A DNA stretch of 64,000 bases from Auanema rhodensis (lineage: Eukaryota; Animalia; Nematoda): positions 24,552,001-24,616,000 of the forward strand of contig OZ059894.1 of NCBI GenBank assembly GCA_964057225.1. Direction: 5' to 3'. How positions within the stretch are numbered: the first letter of the stretch is position 1; every line of letters starts with the position of its first letter. The position numbers and the translations under genes were made by a program. Shown here in pieces: positions 28,601-44,000 of this stretch. The notes beneath the pieces were generated by a model. It searched no databases, was not told the DNA's origin, and saw nothing but the letters and a program-made list of their open reading frames with translations.

Positions 28601-30881
28601 GATTCCCCATGTCCATATTAGTCTAAAAACAAATTTTTATTGATATTGGTTCATGGTAACCATGACTTTGAAATTTACGTGAACTTTAATTTATGCTAAT
28701 TAAATGTACACGTGATGTGCACTTGGTATGTATTTCGCTTCACGTGAAAGATAAAGAGATGCGGTTTTCAAAATTAGATTCCCCATGTCCATATTAGTCT
28801 AAAAACAAATTTTTATTGATATTGGTTCATGGTAACCATGACTTTGAAATTTACGTGAACTTTAATTTATGCTAATTAAATGTACACGTGATGTGCACTT
28901 GGTATGTATTTCGCTTCACGTGAAAGATAAAGAGATGCGGTTTTCAAAATTAGATTCCCCATGTCCATATTAGTCTAAAAACAAATTGTTATTGATATGG
29001 GTGCATGGTAACCATGACTTTGAAATTTACGTGAACTTTAATTTATGCTAATTAAATGTACACGTGATGTGCACTTGGTATGTAACTCGCTTCACGTGAA
29101 AGATAAAGAGATGCGGTTTTCAAAATTAGATTTCCCATGTCCATATTAGTCTAAAAACAAATTTTTATTGATATTGGTTCATGGTAACCATGACTTTGAA
29201 ATTTACGTGAACTTTAATTTATGCTAATTAAATGTACACGTGATGTGCACTTGGTATGTAACTCGCTTCACGTGAAAGATAAAGAGATGCGGTTTTCAAA
29301 ATTTGATTCCCCATGTCCATATTAGTCTAAAAACAAATTTTTATTGATATTGGTGCATGGTAACCATGACTTTGAAATTTACGTGAACTTTAATTTATGC
29401 TAATTAAATGTACACGTGATGTGCACTTGGTATGTAACTCGCTTCACGTGAAAGATAAAGAGATGCGGTTCTCAAAATTAGATTCCCCATGTCCATATTA
29501 GTCTAAAAACAAATTTTTATTGATATTGGTTCATGATAACCATGACTTTGAAATTTACGTGAACTTTAATTTATGCTAATTAAATGTACACGTGATGTGC
29601 ACTTGGTATGTAACTCGCTTCACGTGTAAGATAAAGAGATGCGGTTTTCAAAATTAGATTCCCCATGTCCATATTAGTCTAAAAACAAATTTTTATTGAT
29701 ATTGGTGCATGGTAACCATGACTTTGAAATTTACGTGAACTTTAATTTATGCTAAATAAATGTACACGTGATGTGCACTTGGTATGTAACTCGCTTCACG
29801 TGAAAGATAAAGTGATGCGGTTTTCAAAATTAGATTCCCCATGTCCATATTAGTCTAAAAACAAATTTTTATTGATATTGGTGCATGGTAACCATGACTT
29901 TGAAATTTACGTGAACTTTAATTTATGCTAATTAAATGTACACGTGATGTGCACTTGGTATGTAACTCGCTTCACGTGAAAGATAAAGAGATGCGGTTTT
30001 CAAAATTAGATTCCCCATGTCCATATTAGTCTAAAAACAAATTTTTATTGATATTGGTTCATGGTAACCATGACTTTGAAATTTACGTGAACTTTAATTT
30101 ATGCTAATTAAATGTACACGTGATGTGCACTTGGTATGTAACTCGCTTCACGTGAAAGATAAAGAGATGCGGTTTTCAAAATTTGATTTCCCATGTCCAT
30201 ATTAGTCTAGAAACAAACTTTTATTGATATTGGTTCATGGTAACCATGACTTTGAAATTTACGTGAACTTTAATTTATGCTAATTAAATGTACACGTGAT
30301 GTGCACTTGGTATGTAACTCGCTTCACGTGAAAGATAAAGAGATGCGGTTTTCAAAATTAGATTCCCCATGTTCATATTAGTCTAAAAACAAATTTTTAT
30401 TGATATTGGTGCATGGTAACCATGACTTTGAAATTTACGTGAACTTTAATTTATGCTAATTAAATGTACACGTGATGTGCACTTGGTATGTAACTCGCTT
30501 CACGTGAAAGATAAAGTGATGCGGTTTTCAAAATTAGATTCCCCATGTCCATATTAGTCTAAAAACAAATTTTTATTGATATTGGTTCATGGTAACCATG
30601 ACTTTGAAATTTACGTGAACTTTAATTTATGCTAATTAAATGTACACGTGATGTGCACTTGGTATGTAACTCGCTTCACGTGAAAGATAAAGAGATGCGG
30701 TTTTCAAAATTTGATTCCCCATGTCCATATTAGTCTAAAAACAAATTTTTATTGATATTGGTTCATGGTAACCATGACTTTGAAATTTACGTGAACTTTA
30801 ATTTATGCTAATTAAATGTACACGTGATGTGCACTTGGTATGTAACTCGCTTCACGTGAAAGATAAAGAGATGCGGTTTTT
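25602..30881 (+). repeat. Tandem duplication of a 15-monomer (2640-bp) block
   Basis: TTCTTGG at 25661/28301, GGTTCTC at 26831/29471, CTAGAAACAAACT at ~27568/30208, GGTTTTTAAA at 28241/30881. All offsets are 2640. Confidence 0.88.
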
Positions 30882-32101
30882 AAAATTAGATTCCCCATGT
30901 CCATATTAGTCTAAAAACAAATTTTTATTGATATTGGTTCATGGTAACCATGACTTTGAAATTTACGTGAACTTTAATTTATGCTAATTAAATGTACACG
31001 TGATGTGCACTTGGTATGTAACTCGCTTCACGTGAAAGATAAAGAGATGCGGTTTTCAAAATTTGATTCCCCATGTCCATATTAGTCTAAAAATAAATTT
31101 TTATTGATATTGGTTCATGGTAACCATGACTTTGAAATTTACGTGAACTTTAATTTATGCTAATTAAATGTACACGTGATGTGCACTTGGTATGTAACTC
31201 GCTTCACGTGTAAGATAAAGAGATGCGGTTTTCAAAATTTGATTCCCCATGTCCATATTAGTCTAAAAACAAATTTTTATTGATATTGGTGCATGGTAAC
31301 CATGACTTTGAAATTTACGTGAACTTTAATTTATGCTAAATAAATGTACACGTGATGTGCACTTGGTATGTAACTCGCTTCACGTGAAAGATAAAGAGAT
31401 GCGGTTCTCAAAATTAGATTTCCCATGTCCATATTAGTCTAAAAACAAATTTTTATTGATATTGGTTCATGGTAACCATGACTTTGAAATTTACGTGAAC
31501 TTTAATTTATGCTAATTAAATGTACACGTGATGTGCACTTGGTATGTAACTCGCTTCACGTGAAAGATAAAGAGATGCGGTTTTCAAAATTTGATTCCCC
31601 ATGTCCATATTAGTCTCAAAACAAATTTTCATTGATATTGGTGCATGGTAACCATGACTTTGAAATTTACGTGAACTTTAATTTATGCTAATTAAATGTA
31701 CACGTGATGTGCACTTGGTATGTAACTCGCTTCACGTGAAAGATAAAGAGATGCGGTTTTCAAAATTAGATTCCCCATGTCCATATTAGTCTAAAAACAA
31801 ATTTTTATTGATATTGGTTCATGATAACCATGACTTTGAAATTTACGTGAACTTTAATTTATGCTAATTAAATGTACACGTGATGTGCACTTGGTATGTA
31901 ACTCGCTTCACGTGTAAGATAAAGAGATGCGGTTTTCAAAATTAGATTCCCCATGTCCATATTAGTCTAAAAACAAATTTTTATTGATATTGGTGCATGG
32001 TAACCATGACTTTGAAATTTACGTGAACTTTAATTTATGCTAAATAAATGTACACGTGATGTGCACTTGGTATGTAACTCGCTTCACGTGAAAGATAAAG
32101 T

Positions 32102-35100
32102 GATGCGGTTTTCAAAATTAGATTCCCCATGTCCATATTAGTCTAAAAACAAATTTTTATTAATATTGGTGCATGGTAACCATGACTTTGAAATTTACGT
32201 GAACTTTAATTTATGCTAATTAAATGTACACGTGATGTGCACTTGGTATGTAACTCGCTTCACGTGAAAGATAAAGAGATGCGGTTTTCAAAATTAGATT
32301 CCCCATGTCCATATTAGTCTAAAAACAAATTTTTATTGATATTGGTTCATGGTAACCATGACTTTGAAATTTACGTGAACTTTAATTTATGCTAATTAAA
32401 TGTACACGTGATGTGCACTTGGTATGTAACTCGCTTCACGTGAAAGATAAAGAGATGCGGTTTTCAAAATTAGATTCCCCATGTTCATATTAGTCTAAAA
32501 ACAAATTTTTATTGATATTGGTGCATGGTAACCATGACTTTGAAATTTACGTGAACTTTAATTTATGCTAATTAAATGTACACGTGATGTGCACTTGGTA
32601 TGTAACTCGCTTCACGTGAAAGATAAAGAGATGTGGTTTTCAAAATTAGATTCCCCATGTCCATATTAGTCTAAAAACAAATTTTTATTGATATTGGTTC
32701 ATGGTAACCATGACTTTGAAATTTACGTGAACTTTAATTTATGCTAATTAAATGTACACGTGATGTGCACTTGGTATGTAACTCGCTTCACGTGAAAGAT
32801 AAAGAGATGCGGTTTTCAAAATTAGATTCCCCATGTCCATATTAGTCTAAAAACAAATTTTTATTGATATTGGTTCATGGTAACCATGACTTTGAATTTT
32901 ACGTGAACTTTAATTTATGCTAATTAAATGTACACGTGATGTGCACTTGGTATGTAACTCGCTTCACGTGAAAGATAAAGTGATGCGGTTTTCAAAATTA
33001 GATTCCCCATGTCCATATTAGTCTAAAAACAAATTTTTATTGATATTGGTTCATGGTAACCATGACTTTGAAATTTACGTGAACTTTAATTTATGCTAAT
33101 TAAATGTACACGTGATGTGCACTTGGTATGTAACTCGCTTCACGTGAAAGATAAAGAGATGCGGTTTTCAAAATTTGATTCCCCATGTCCATATTAGTCT
33201 AAAAACAAATTTTTATTGATATTGGTTCATGGTAACCATGACTTTGAAATTTACGTGAACTTTAATTTATGCTAATTAAATGTACACGTGATGTGCACTT
33301 GGTATGTAACTCGCTTCACGTGAAAGATAAAGAGATGCGGTTTTCAAAATTAGATTCCCCATGTCCATATTAGTCTAAAAACAAATTTTTATTGATATTG
33401 GTGCATGGTAACCATGACTTTGAAATTTACGTGAACTTTAATTTATGCTAATTAAGTGTACACATGATGTGCACTTGGTGTGTAACTCGCTTCACGTGAA
33501 AGATAAAGAGATGCGGTTTTCAAAATTAGATTCCCCATGTCCATATTAGTCTAAAAACAAATTTTTATTGATATTGGTTCATGGTAACCATGACTTTGAA
33601 ATTTACGTGAACTTTAATTTATGCTAATTAAATGTACACGTGATGTGCACTTGGTATGTAACTCGCTTCACGTGAAAGATAAAGAGATGCGGTTTTCAAA
33701 ATTAGATTCCCCATGTCCATATTAGTCTAAAAACAAATTTTTATTGATATTGGTTCATGGTAACCATGACTTTGAAAGTTACGTGAACTTTAATTTATGC
33801 TAATTAAATGTACACGTGATGTGCACTTGGTATGTAACTCGCTTCACGTGAAAGATAAAGAGATGCGGTTTTCAAAATTTGATTCCCCATGTCCATATTA
33901 GTCTAAAAACAAACTTTTATTGATATTGGTTCATGGTAACCATGACTTTGAAATTTACGTGAACTTTAATTTATGCTAATTAAATTTACACGTGATGTGC
34001 ACTTGGTATGTAACTTGCTTCACGTGAAAGATAAAGAGATGCGGATTTCAAAATTAGATTCCCCATGTTCATATTAGTCTTAAAACAAATTTTTATTGAT
34101 ATGGGTGCATGGTAACCATGACTTTGAAATTTACGTGAACTTTAATTTATGCTAATTGAATGTACACGTGATGTGCACTTGGTATGTAACTCGCTTCACG
34201 TGAAAGATAAAGAGATGCGGTTTTCAAAATAAGATTCCCCATGTCCATATTAGTCTAAAAACAAATTTTTATTGATATTGGTTCATGGTAACCATGACTT
34301 TGAAATTTACGTGAACTTTAATTTATGCTAATTAAATGTACACGTGATGTGCACTTGGTATGTAACTCGCTTCACGTGAAAGATAAAGAGATGCGGTTTT
34401 CAAAATTAGATTCCCCATGTCCATATTAGTCTAAAAACAAATTTTTATTGATATTGGTTCATGATAACCATGACTTTGAAATTTACGTGAACTTTAATTT
34501 ATGCTAATTAAATGTACACGTGATGTGCACTTAGTATGTAACTCGCTTCACGTGAAAGATAAAGAGATGCGGTTTTCAAAATTTGATTCCCCATGTTCAT
34601 ATTAGTCTAAAAACAAATTTTTATTGATATTGGTGCATGGTAACCATGACTTTGAAATTTACGTGAACTTTAATTTATGCTAATTAAATGTACACGTGAT
34701 GTGCACTTGGTATGTAACTCGCTTCACGTGAAAGATAAAGAGATGCGGTTTTCAAAATTAGATTCCCCATGTCCATATTAGTCTAAAAACAAATTTTTAT
34801 TGATATTGGTTCATGGTAACCATGACTTTGAAATTTACGTGAACTTTAATTTATGCTAATTAAATGTACACGTGATGTGCACTTGGTATGTAACTCGCTT
34901 CACGTGAAAGATAAAGAGATGCGGTTTTCAAAATTAGATTCCCCATGTCCATATTAGTCTAAAAACAAATTTTTATTGATATTGGTTCATGGTAACCATG
35001 ACTTTGAAATTTACGTGAACTTTAATTTATGCTAATTAAATGTACACGTGATGTGCACTTGGTATGTAACTCGCTTCACGTGAAAGATAAAGAGATGCGG

Positions 35101-38100
35101 TTTTCAAAATTAGATTCCCCATGTCCATATTAGTCTAAAAACAAATTTTTATTGATATTGGTTCATGGTAACCATGACTTTGAAATTTACGTGAACTTTA
35201 ATTTATGCTAATTAATTGTACACGTGATGTGCACTTGGTATGTAACTCGCTTCACGTGAAAGATAAAGAGATGCGGTTTTCAAAATTAGATTCCCCATGT
35301 CCATATTAGTCTAAAAACAAATTTTTATTGATATTGGTGCATGGTAACCATGACTTTGAAATTTACGTGAACTATAATTTATGCTAATTAAATGTACACG
35401 TGATGTGCACTTGGTATGTAACTCGCTTCACGTAAAAGATAAAGAGATGCGGTTTTCAAAATTAGATTCCCCATGTCCATATTAGTCTAAAAACAAATTT
35501 TTATTGATATTGGTGCATGGTAACCATGACTTTGAAATTTACGTGAACTTTAATTTATGCTAATTAAATGTACACGTGATGTGCACTTGGTATGTAACTC
35601 GCTTCACGTGAAAGATAAAGAGATGCGGTTTTCAAAATTAGATTCCCCATGTCCATATTAGTCTAAAAACAAATTTTTATTAATATTGGTGCATGGTAAC
35701 CATGACTTTGAAATTTACGTGAACTTTAATTTATGCTAATTAAATGTACACGTGATGTGCACTTGGTATGTAACTCGCTTCACGTGAAAGATAAAGAGAT
35801 GCGGTTTTCAAAATTAGATTCCCCATGTCCATATTAGTCTAAAAACAAATTTTTATTGATATTGGTTCATGGTAACCATGACTTTGAAATTTACGTGAAC
35901 TTTAATTTATGCTAATTAAATGTACACGTGATGTGCACTTGGTATGTAACTCGCTTCACGTGAAAGATAAAGAGATGCGGTTTTCAAAATTAGATTCCCC
36001 ATGTTCATATTAGTCTAAAAACAAATTTTTATTGATATTGGTGCATGGTAACCATGACTTTGAAATTTACGTGAACTTTAATTTATGCTAATTAAATGTA
36101 CACGTGATGTGCACTTGGTATGTAACTCGCTTCACGTGAAAGATAAAGAGATGTGGTTTTCAAAATTAGATTCCCCATGTCCATATTAGTCTAAAAACAA
36201 ATTTTTATTGATATTGGTTCATGGTAACCATGACTTTGAAATTTACGTGAACTTTAATTTATGCTAATTAAATGTACACGTGATGTGCACTTGGTATGTA
36301 ACTCGCTTCACGTGAAAGATAAAGAGATGCGGTTTTCAAAATTAGATTCCCCATGTCCATATTAGTCTAAAAACAAATTTTTATTGATATTGGTTCATGG
36401 TAACCATGACTTTGAATTTTACGTGAACTTTAATTTATGCTAATTAAATGTACACGTGATGTGCACTTGGTATGTAACTCGCTTCACGTGAAAGATAAAG
36501 TGATGCGGTTTTCAAAATTAGATTCCCCATGTCCATATTAGTCTAAAAACAAATTTTTATTGATATTGGTTCATGGTAACCATGACTTTGAAATTTACGT
36601 GAACTTTAATTTATGCTAATTAAATGTACACGTGATGTGCACTTGGTATGTAACTCGCTTCACGTGAAAGATAAAGAGATGCGGTTTTCAAAATTTGATT
36701 CCCCATGTCCATATTAGTCTAAAAACAAATTTTTATTGATATTGGTTCATGGTAACCATGACTTTGAAATTTACGTGAACTTTAATTTATGCTAATTAAA
36801 TGTACACGTGATGTGCACTTGGTATGTAACTCGCTTCACGTGAAAGATAAAGAGATGCGGTTTTCAAAATTAGATTCCCCATGTCCATATTAGTCTAAAA
36901 ACAAATTTTTATTGATATTGGTGCATGGTAACCATGACTTTGAAATTTACGTGAACTTTAATTTATGCTAATTAAGTGTACACATGATGTGCACTTGGTG
37001 TGTAACTCGCTTCACGTGAAAGATAAAGAGATGCGGTTTTCAAAATTAGATTCCCCATGTCCATATTAGTCTAAAAACAAATTTTTATTGATATTGGTTC
37101 ATGGTAACCATGACTTTGAAATTTACGTGAACTTTAATTTATGCTAATTAAATGTACACGTGATGTGCACTTGGTATGTAACTCGCTTCACGTGAAAGAT
37201 AAAGAGATGCGGTTTTCAAAATTAGATTCCCCATGTCCATATTAGTCTAAAAACAAATTTTTATTGATATTGGTTCATGGTAACCATGACTTTGAAAGTT
37301 ACGTGAACTTTAATTTATGCTAATTAAATGTACACGTGATGTGCACTTGGTATGTAACTCGCTTCACGTGAAAGATAAAGAGATGCGGTTTTCAAAATTT
37401 GATTCCCCATGTCCATATTAGTCTAAAAACAAACTTTTATTGATATTGGTTCATGGTAACCATGACTTTGAAATTTACGTGAACTTTAATTTATGCTAAT
37501 TAAATTTACACGTGATGTGCACTTGGTATGTAACTTGCTTCACGTGAAAGATAAAGAGATGCGGATTTCAAAATTAGATTCCCCATGTTCATATTAGTCT
37601 TAAAACAAATTTTTATTGATATGGGTGCATGGTAACCATGACTTTGAAATTTACGTGAACTTTAATTTATGCTAATTGAATGTACACGTGATGTGCACTT
37701 GGTATGTAACTCGCTTCACGTGAAAGATAAAGAGATGCGGTTTTCAAAATAAGATTCCCCATGTCCATATTAGTCTAAAAACAAATTTTTATTGATATTG
37801 GTTCATGGTAACCATGACTTTGAAATTTACGTGAACTTTAATTTATGCTAATTAAATGTACACGTGATGTGCACTTGGTATGTAACTCGCTTCACGTGAA
37901 AGATAAAGAGATGCGGTTTTCAAAATTAGATTCCCCATGTCCATATTAGTCTAAAAACAAATTTTTATTGATATTGGTTCATGATAACCATGACTTTGAA
38001 ATTTACGTGAACTTTAATTTATGCTAATTAAATGTACACGTGATGTGCACTTAGTATGTAACTCGCTTCACGTGAAAGATAAAGAGATGCGGTTTTCAAA

Positions 38101-39141
38101 ATTTGATTCCCCATGTTCATATTAGTCTAAAAACAAATTTTTATTGATATTGGTGCATGGTAACCATGACTTTGAAATTTACGTGAACTTTAATTTATGC
38201 TAATTAAATGTACACGTGATGTGCACTTGGTATGTAACTCGCTTCACGTGAAAGATAAAGAGATGCGGTTTTCAAAATTAGATTCCCCATGTCCATATTA
38301 GTCTAAAAACAAATTTTTATTGATATTGGTTCATGGTAACCATGACTTTGAAATTTACGTGAACTTTAATTTATGCTAATTAAATGTACACGTGATGTGC
38401 ACTTGGTATGTAACTCGCTTCACGTGAAAGATAAAGAGATGCGGTTTTCAAAATTAGATTCCCCATGTCCATATTAGTCTAAAAACAAATTTTTATTGAT
38501 ATTGGTTCATGGTAACCATGACTTTGAAATTTACGTGAACTTTAATTTATGCTAATTAAATGTACACGTGATGTGCACTTGGTATGTAACTCGCTTCACG
38601 TGAAAGATAAAGAGATGCGGTTTTCAAAATTAGATTCCCCATGTCCATATTAGTCTAAAAACAAATTTTTATTGATATTGGTTCATGGTAACCATGACTT
38701 TGAAATTTACGTGAACTTTAATTTATGCTAATTAATTGTACACGTGATGTGCACTTGGTATGTAACTCGCTTCACGTGAAAGATAAAGAGATGCGGTTTT
38801 CAAAATTAGATTCCCCATGTCCATATTAGTCTAAAAACAAATTTTTATTGATATTGGTGCATGGTAACCATGACTTTGAAATTTACGTGAACTATAATTT
38901 ATGCTAATTAAATGTACACGTGATGTGCACTTGGTATGTAACTCGCTTCACGTAAAAGATAAAGAGATGCGGTTTTCAAAATTAGATTCCCCATGTCCAT
39001 ATTAGTCTAAAAACAAATTTTTATTGATATTGGTGCATGGTAACCATGACTTTGAAATTTACGTGAACTTTAATTTATGCTAATTAAATGTACACGTGAT
39101 GTGCACTTGGTATGTAACTCGCTTCACGTGAAAGATAAAGA
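32102..39141 (+). repeat. Tandem duplication of a 20-monomer (3520-bp) block
   Basis: TTAATATTGG at 32162/35682, ATGTGG at 32634/36154, GAATTTT at ~32897/36417, AAGTGTACACATG at ~33454/36974, CGTAAA at ~35434/38954. All offsets are 3520. Confidence 0.88.
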
Positions 39142-42100
39142 GATGCGGTTTTCAAAATTAGATTCCCCATGTCCATATTAGTCTAAAAACAAATTTTTAT
39201 TGATATTGGTGCATGGTAACCATGACTTTGAAATTTACGTGAACTTTAATTTATGCTAATTAAATGTACACGTGATGTGCACTTGGTATGTAACTCGCTT
39301 CACGTGAAAGATAAAGAGATGCGGTTTTCAAAATTAGATTCCCCATGTCCATATTAGTCTAAAAACAAATTTTTATTGATATTGGTGCATGGTAACCATG
39401 ACTTTGAAATTTACGTGAACTTTAATTTATGCTAATTAAATGTACACGTGATGTGCACTTGGTATGTAACTCGCTTCACGTGAAAGATAAAGAGATGCGG
39501 TTTTCAAAATTAGATTCCTCATGTCCATATTAGTCTAAAAACAAATTTTTATTGATATTGGTTCATGGTAACCATGACTTTGAAATTTACGTGAACTTTA
39601 ATTTATGCTAATTAATTGTACACGTGATGTGCACTTGGTATGTAACTCGCTTCACGTGAAAGATAAAGAGATGCGGTTTTCAAAATTAGATTCCCCATGT
39701 CCATATTAGTCTAAAAACAAATTTTTATTGATATTGGTGCATGGTAACCATGACTTTGAAATTTACGTGAACTATAATTTATGCTAATTAAATGTACACG
39801 TGATGTGCACTTGGTATGTAACTCGCTTCACGTGAAAGATAAAGAGATGCGGTTTTCAAAATTAGATTCCCCATGTCCATATTAGTCTAAAAACAAATTT
39901 TTATTGATATTGGTGCATGGTAACCATGACTTTGAAATTTACGTGAACTTTAATTTATGCTAATTAAATGTACACGTGATGTGCACTTGGTATGTAACTC
40001 GCTTCACGTGAAAGATAAAGAGATGCGGTTTTCAAAATTAGATTCCCCATGTCCATATTAGTCTAAAAACAAATTTTTATTGATATTGGTGCATGGTAAC
40101 CATGACTTTGAAATTTACGTGAACTTTAATTTATGCTAATTAAATGTACACGTGATGTGCACTTGGTATGTAACTCGCTTCACGTGAAAGATAAAGAGAT
40201 GCGGTTTTCAAAATTAGATTCCCCATGTCCATATTAGTCTAAAAACAAATTTTTATTGATATTGGTTCATGGTAACCATGACTTTGAAATTTACGTGAAC
40301 TTTAATTTATGCTAATTAAATGTACACGTGATGTGCACTTGGTATGTAACTCGCTTCACGTGAAAGATAAAGAGATGCGGTTTTCAAAATTAGATTCCCC
40401 ATGTCCATATTAGTCTAAAAACAAATTTTTATTGATATTGGTTCATGGTAACCATGACTTTGAAATTTACGTGAACTTTAATTTATGCTAATTAAATGTA
40501 CACGTGATGTGCACTTGGTATGTAACTCGCTTCACGTGAAAGATAAAGAGATGCGGTTTTCAAAATTAGATTCCCCATGTCCATATTAGTCTAAAAACAA
40601 ATTTTTATTGATATTGGTTCATGGTAACCATGACTTTGAAATTTACGTGAACTTTAATTTATGCTAATTAATTGTACACGTGATGTGCACTTGGTATGTA
40701 ACTCGCTTCACGTGAAAGATAAAGAGATGCGGTTTTCAAAATTAGATTCCCCATGTCCATATTAGTCTAAAAACAAATTTTTATTGATATTGGTGCATGG
40801 TAACCATGACTTTGAAATTTACGTGAACTATAATTTATGCTAATTAAATGTACACGTGATGTGCACTTGGTATGTAACTCGCTTCACGTAAAAGATAAAG
40901 AGATGCGGTTTTCAAAATTAGATTCCCCATGTCCATATTAGTCTAAAAACAAATTTTTATTGATATTGGTGCATGGTAACCATGACTTTGAAATTTACGT
41001 GAACTTTAATTTATGCTAATTAAATGTACACGTGATGTGCACTTGGTATGTAACTCGCTTCACGTGAAAGATAAAGAGATGCGGTTTTCAAAATTAGATT
41101 CCCCATGTCCATATTAGTCTAAAAACAAATTTTTATTGATATTGGTGCATGGTAACCATGACTTTGAAATTTACGTGAACTTTAATTTATGCTAATTAAA
41201 TGTACACGTGATGTGCACTTGGTATGTAACTCGCTTCACGTGAAAGATAAAGAGATGCGGTTTTCAAAATTAGATTCCCCATGTCCATATTAGTCTAAAA
41301 ACAAATTTTTATTGATATTGGTTCATGGTAACCATGACTTTGAAATTTACGTGAACTATAATTTATGCTAATTAAATGTACACGTGATGTGCACTTGGTA
41401 TGTAACTCGCTTCACGTAAAAGATAAAGAGATGCGGTTTTCAAAATTAGATTCCCCATGTCCATATTAGTCTAAAAACAAATTTTTATTGATATTGGTGC
41501 ATGGTAACCATGACTTTGAAATTTACGTGAACTTTAATTTATGCTAATTAAATGTACACGTGATGTGCACTTGGTATGTAACTCGCTTCACGTGAAAGAT
41601 AAAGAGATGCGGTTTTCAAAATTAGATTCCCCATGTCCATATTAGTCTAAAAACAAATTTTTATTGATATTGGTGCATGGTAACCATGACTTTGAAATTT
41701 ACGTGAACTTTAATTTATGCTAATTAAATGTACACGTGATGTGCACTTGGTATGTAACTCGCTTCACGTGAAAGATAAAGAGATGCGGTTTTCAAAATTA
41801 GATTCCCCATGTCCATATTAGTCTAAAAACAAATTTTTATTGATATTGGTGCATGGTAACCATGACTTTGAAATTTACGTGAACTTTAATTTATGCTAAT
41901 TAAATGTACACGTGATGTGCACTTGGTATGTAACTCGCTTCACGTGAAAGATAAAGAGATGCGGTTTTCAAAATTAGATTCCTCATGTCCATATTAGTCT
42001 AAAAACAAATTTTTATTGATATTGGTTCATGGTAACCATGACTTTGAAATTTACGTGAACTTTAATTTATGCTAATTAATTGTACACGTGATGTGCACTT

Positions 42101-42592
42101 GGTATGTAACTCGCTTCACGTGAAAGATAAAGAGATGCGGTTTTCAAAATTAGATTCCCCATGTCCATATTAGTCTAAAAACAAATTTTTATTGATATTG
42201 GTGCATGGTAACCATGACTTTGAAATTTACGTGAACTATAATTTATGCTAATTAAATGTACACGTGATGTGCACTTGGTATGTAACTCGCTTCACGTGAA
42301 AGATAAAGAGATGCGGTTTTCAAAATTAGATTCCCCATGTCCATATTAGTCTAAAAACAAATTTTTATTGATATTGGTGCATGGTAACCATGACTTTGAA
42401 ATTTACGTGAACTTTAATTTATGCTAATTAAATGTACACGTGATGTGCACTTGGTATGTAACTCGCTTCACGTGAAAGATAAAGAGATGCGGTTTTCAAA
42501 ATTAGATTCCCCATGTCCATATTAGTCTAAAAACAAATTTTTATTGATATTGGTGCATGGTAACCATGACTTTGAAATTTACGTGAACTTTA
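38193..42592 (+). repeat. 11-monomer (1936-bp) duplication whose second copy carries an extra 3-monomer repeat
   Basis: TAATTGTAC at ~38736/40672 and CGTAAA at ~38954/40890 (offset 1936). CGTAAA appears again at ~41418 (+528). CCTC at ~39519/41983 (offset 2464 = 14 monomers). Confidence 0.72.
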
Positions 42593-44000
42593 ATTTATGC
42601 TAATTAAATGTACACGTGATGTGCACTTGGTATGTAACTCGCTTCACGTGAAAGATAAAGAGATGCGGTTTTCAAAATTAGATTCCTCATGTCCATATTA
42701 GTCTAAAAACAAATTTTTATTGATATTGGTTCATGGTAACCATGACTTTGAAATTTACGTGAACTTTGATTTATGCTAATTAAATGTACACGTGATGTGC
42801 ACTTGGTATGTAACTCGCTTCACGTGAAAGATAAAGAGATGCGGTGTTCAAAATAAGATTCCCCATGTCCATATTAGTCTAAAAACAAATTTTTATTGAT
42901 ATTGGTGCATGGTAACCATGACTTTGAAATTTACGTGAACTTTAATTTATGCTAATTAAATGTACACGTGATGTGCACTTGGTATGTAACTCGCTTCACG
43001 TGAAAGATAAAGAGATGCGGTTTTCAAAATTAGATTCCCCATGTCCATATTAGTCTAAAAACAAATTTTTATTGATATTGGTGCATGGTAACCATGACTT
43101 TGAAATTTACGTGAACTTTAATTTATGCTAATTAAATGTACACGTGATGTGCACTTGGTATGTAACTCGCTTCACGTGAAAGATAAAGAGATGCGGTTTT
43201 CAAAATTAGATTCCTCATGTCCATATTAGTCTAAAAACAAATTTTTATTGATATTGGTTCATGGTAACCATGACTTTGAAATTTACGTGAACTTTGATTT
43301 ATGCTAATTAAATGTACACGTGATGTGCACTTGGTATGTAACTCGCTTCACGTGAAAGATAAAGAGATGCGGTGTTCAAAATAAGATTCCCCATGTCCAT
43401 ATTAGTCTAAAAACAAATTTTTATTGATATTGGTGCATGGTAACCATGACTTTGAAATTTACGTGAACTTTAATTTATGCTAATTAAATGTACACGTGAT
43501 GTGCACTTGGTATGTAACTCGCTTCACGTGAAAGATAAAGAGATGCGGTTTTCAAAATTAGATTCCCCATGTCCATATTAGTCTAAAAACAATTTTTTAT
43601 TGATATTGGTGCATGGTAACCATGACTTTGAAATTTACGTGAACTTTAATTCATGCTAATTAAATGTACACGTGATGTGCACTTGGTATGTAACTCGCTT
43701 CACGTGAAAGATAAAGAGATGCGGTTCTCAAAATTTGATTCCCCATGTCCATATTAGTATAAAAACAAATTTTCATTGATATTGGTTCATGGTAACCATG
43801 ACTTTGAAATTTACGTGAACTTTAATTTATGCTAATTAAATGTACACGTGATGTGCACTTGGTATGTAACTCGCTTCACGTGAAAGATAAAGAGATGCGG
43901 TTTTCAAAATTAGATTCCCCATGTACATATTAGTCTAAAAACAAATTTTTATTGATATTGGTTCATGGTAACCATGACTTTGAAATTTACGTGAACTTTA

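Larger units (their letters stand above)
22353..43530 (+). repeat. Large block, copy B, expanded by internal 15-, 20-, 11- and 3-monomer duplications
   Basis: The same marker series as copy A, at ~22939, ~25661/28301, ~27568/30208, ~33454/36974, ~34530/38050 and ~42843/43371. Confidence 0.85.
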
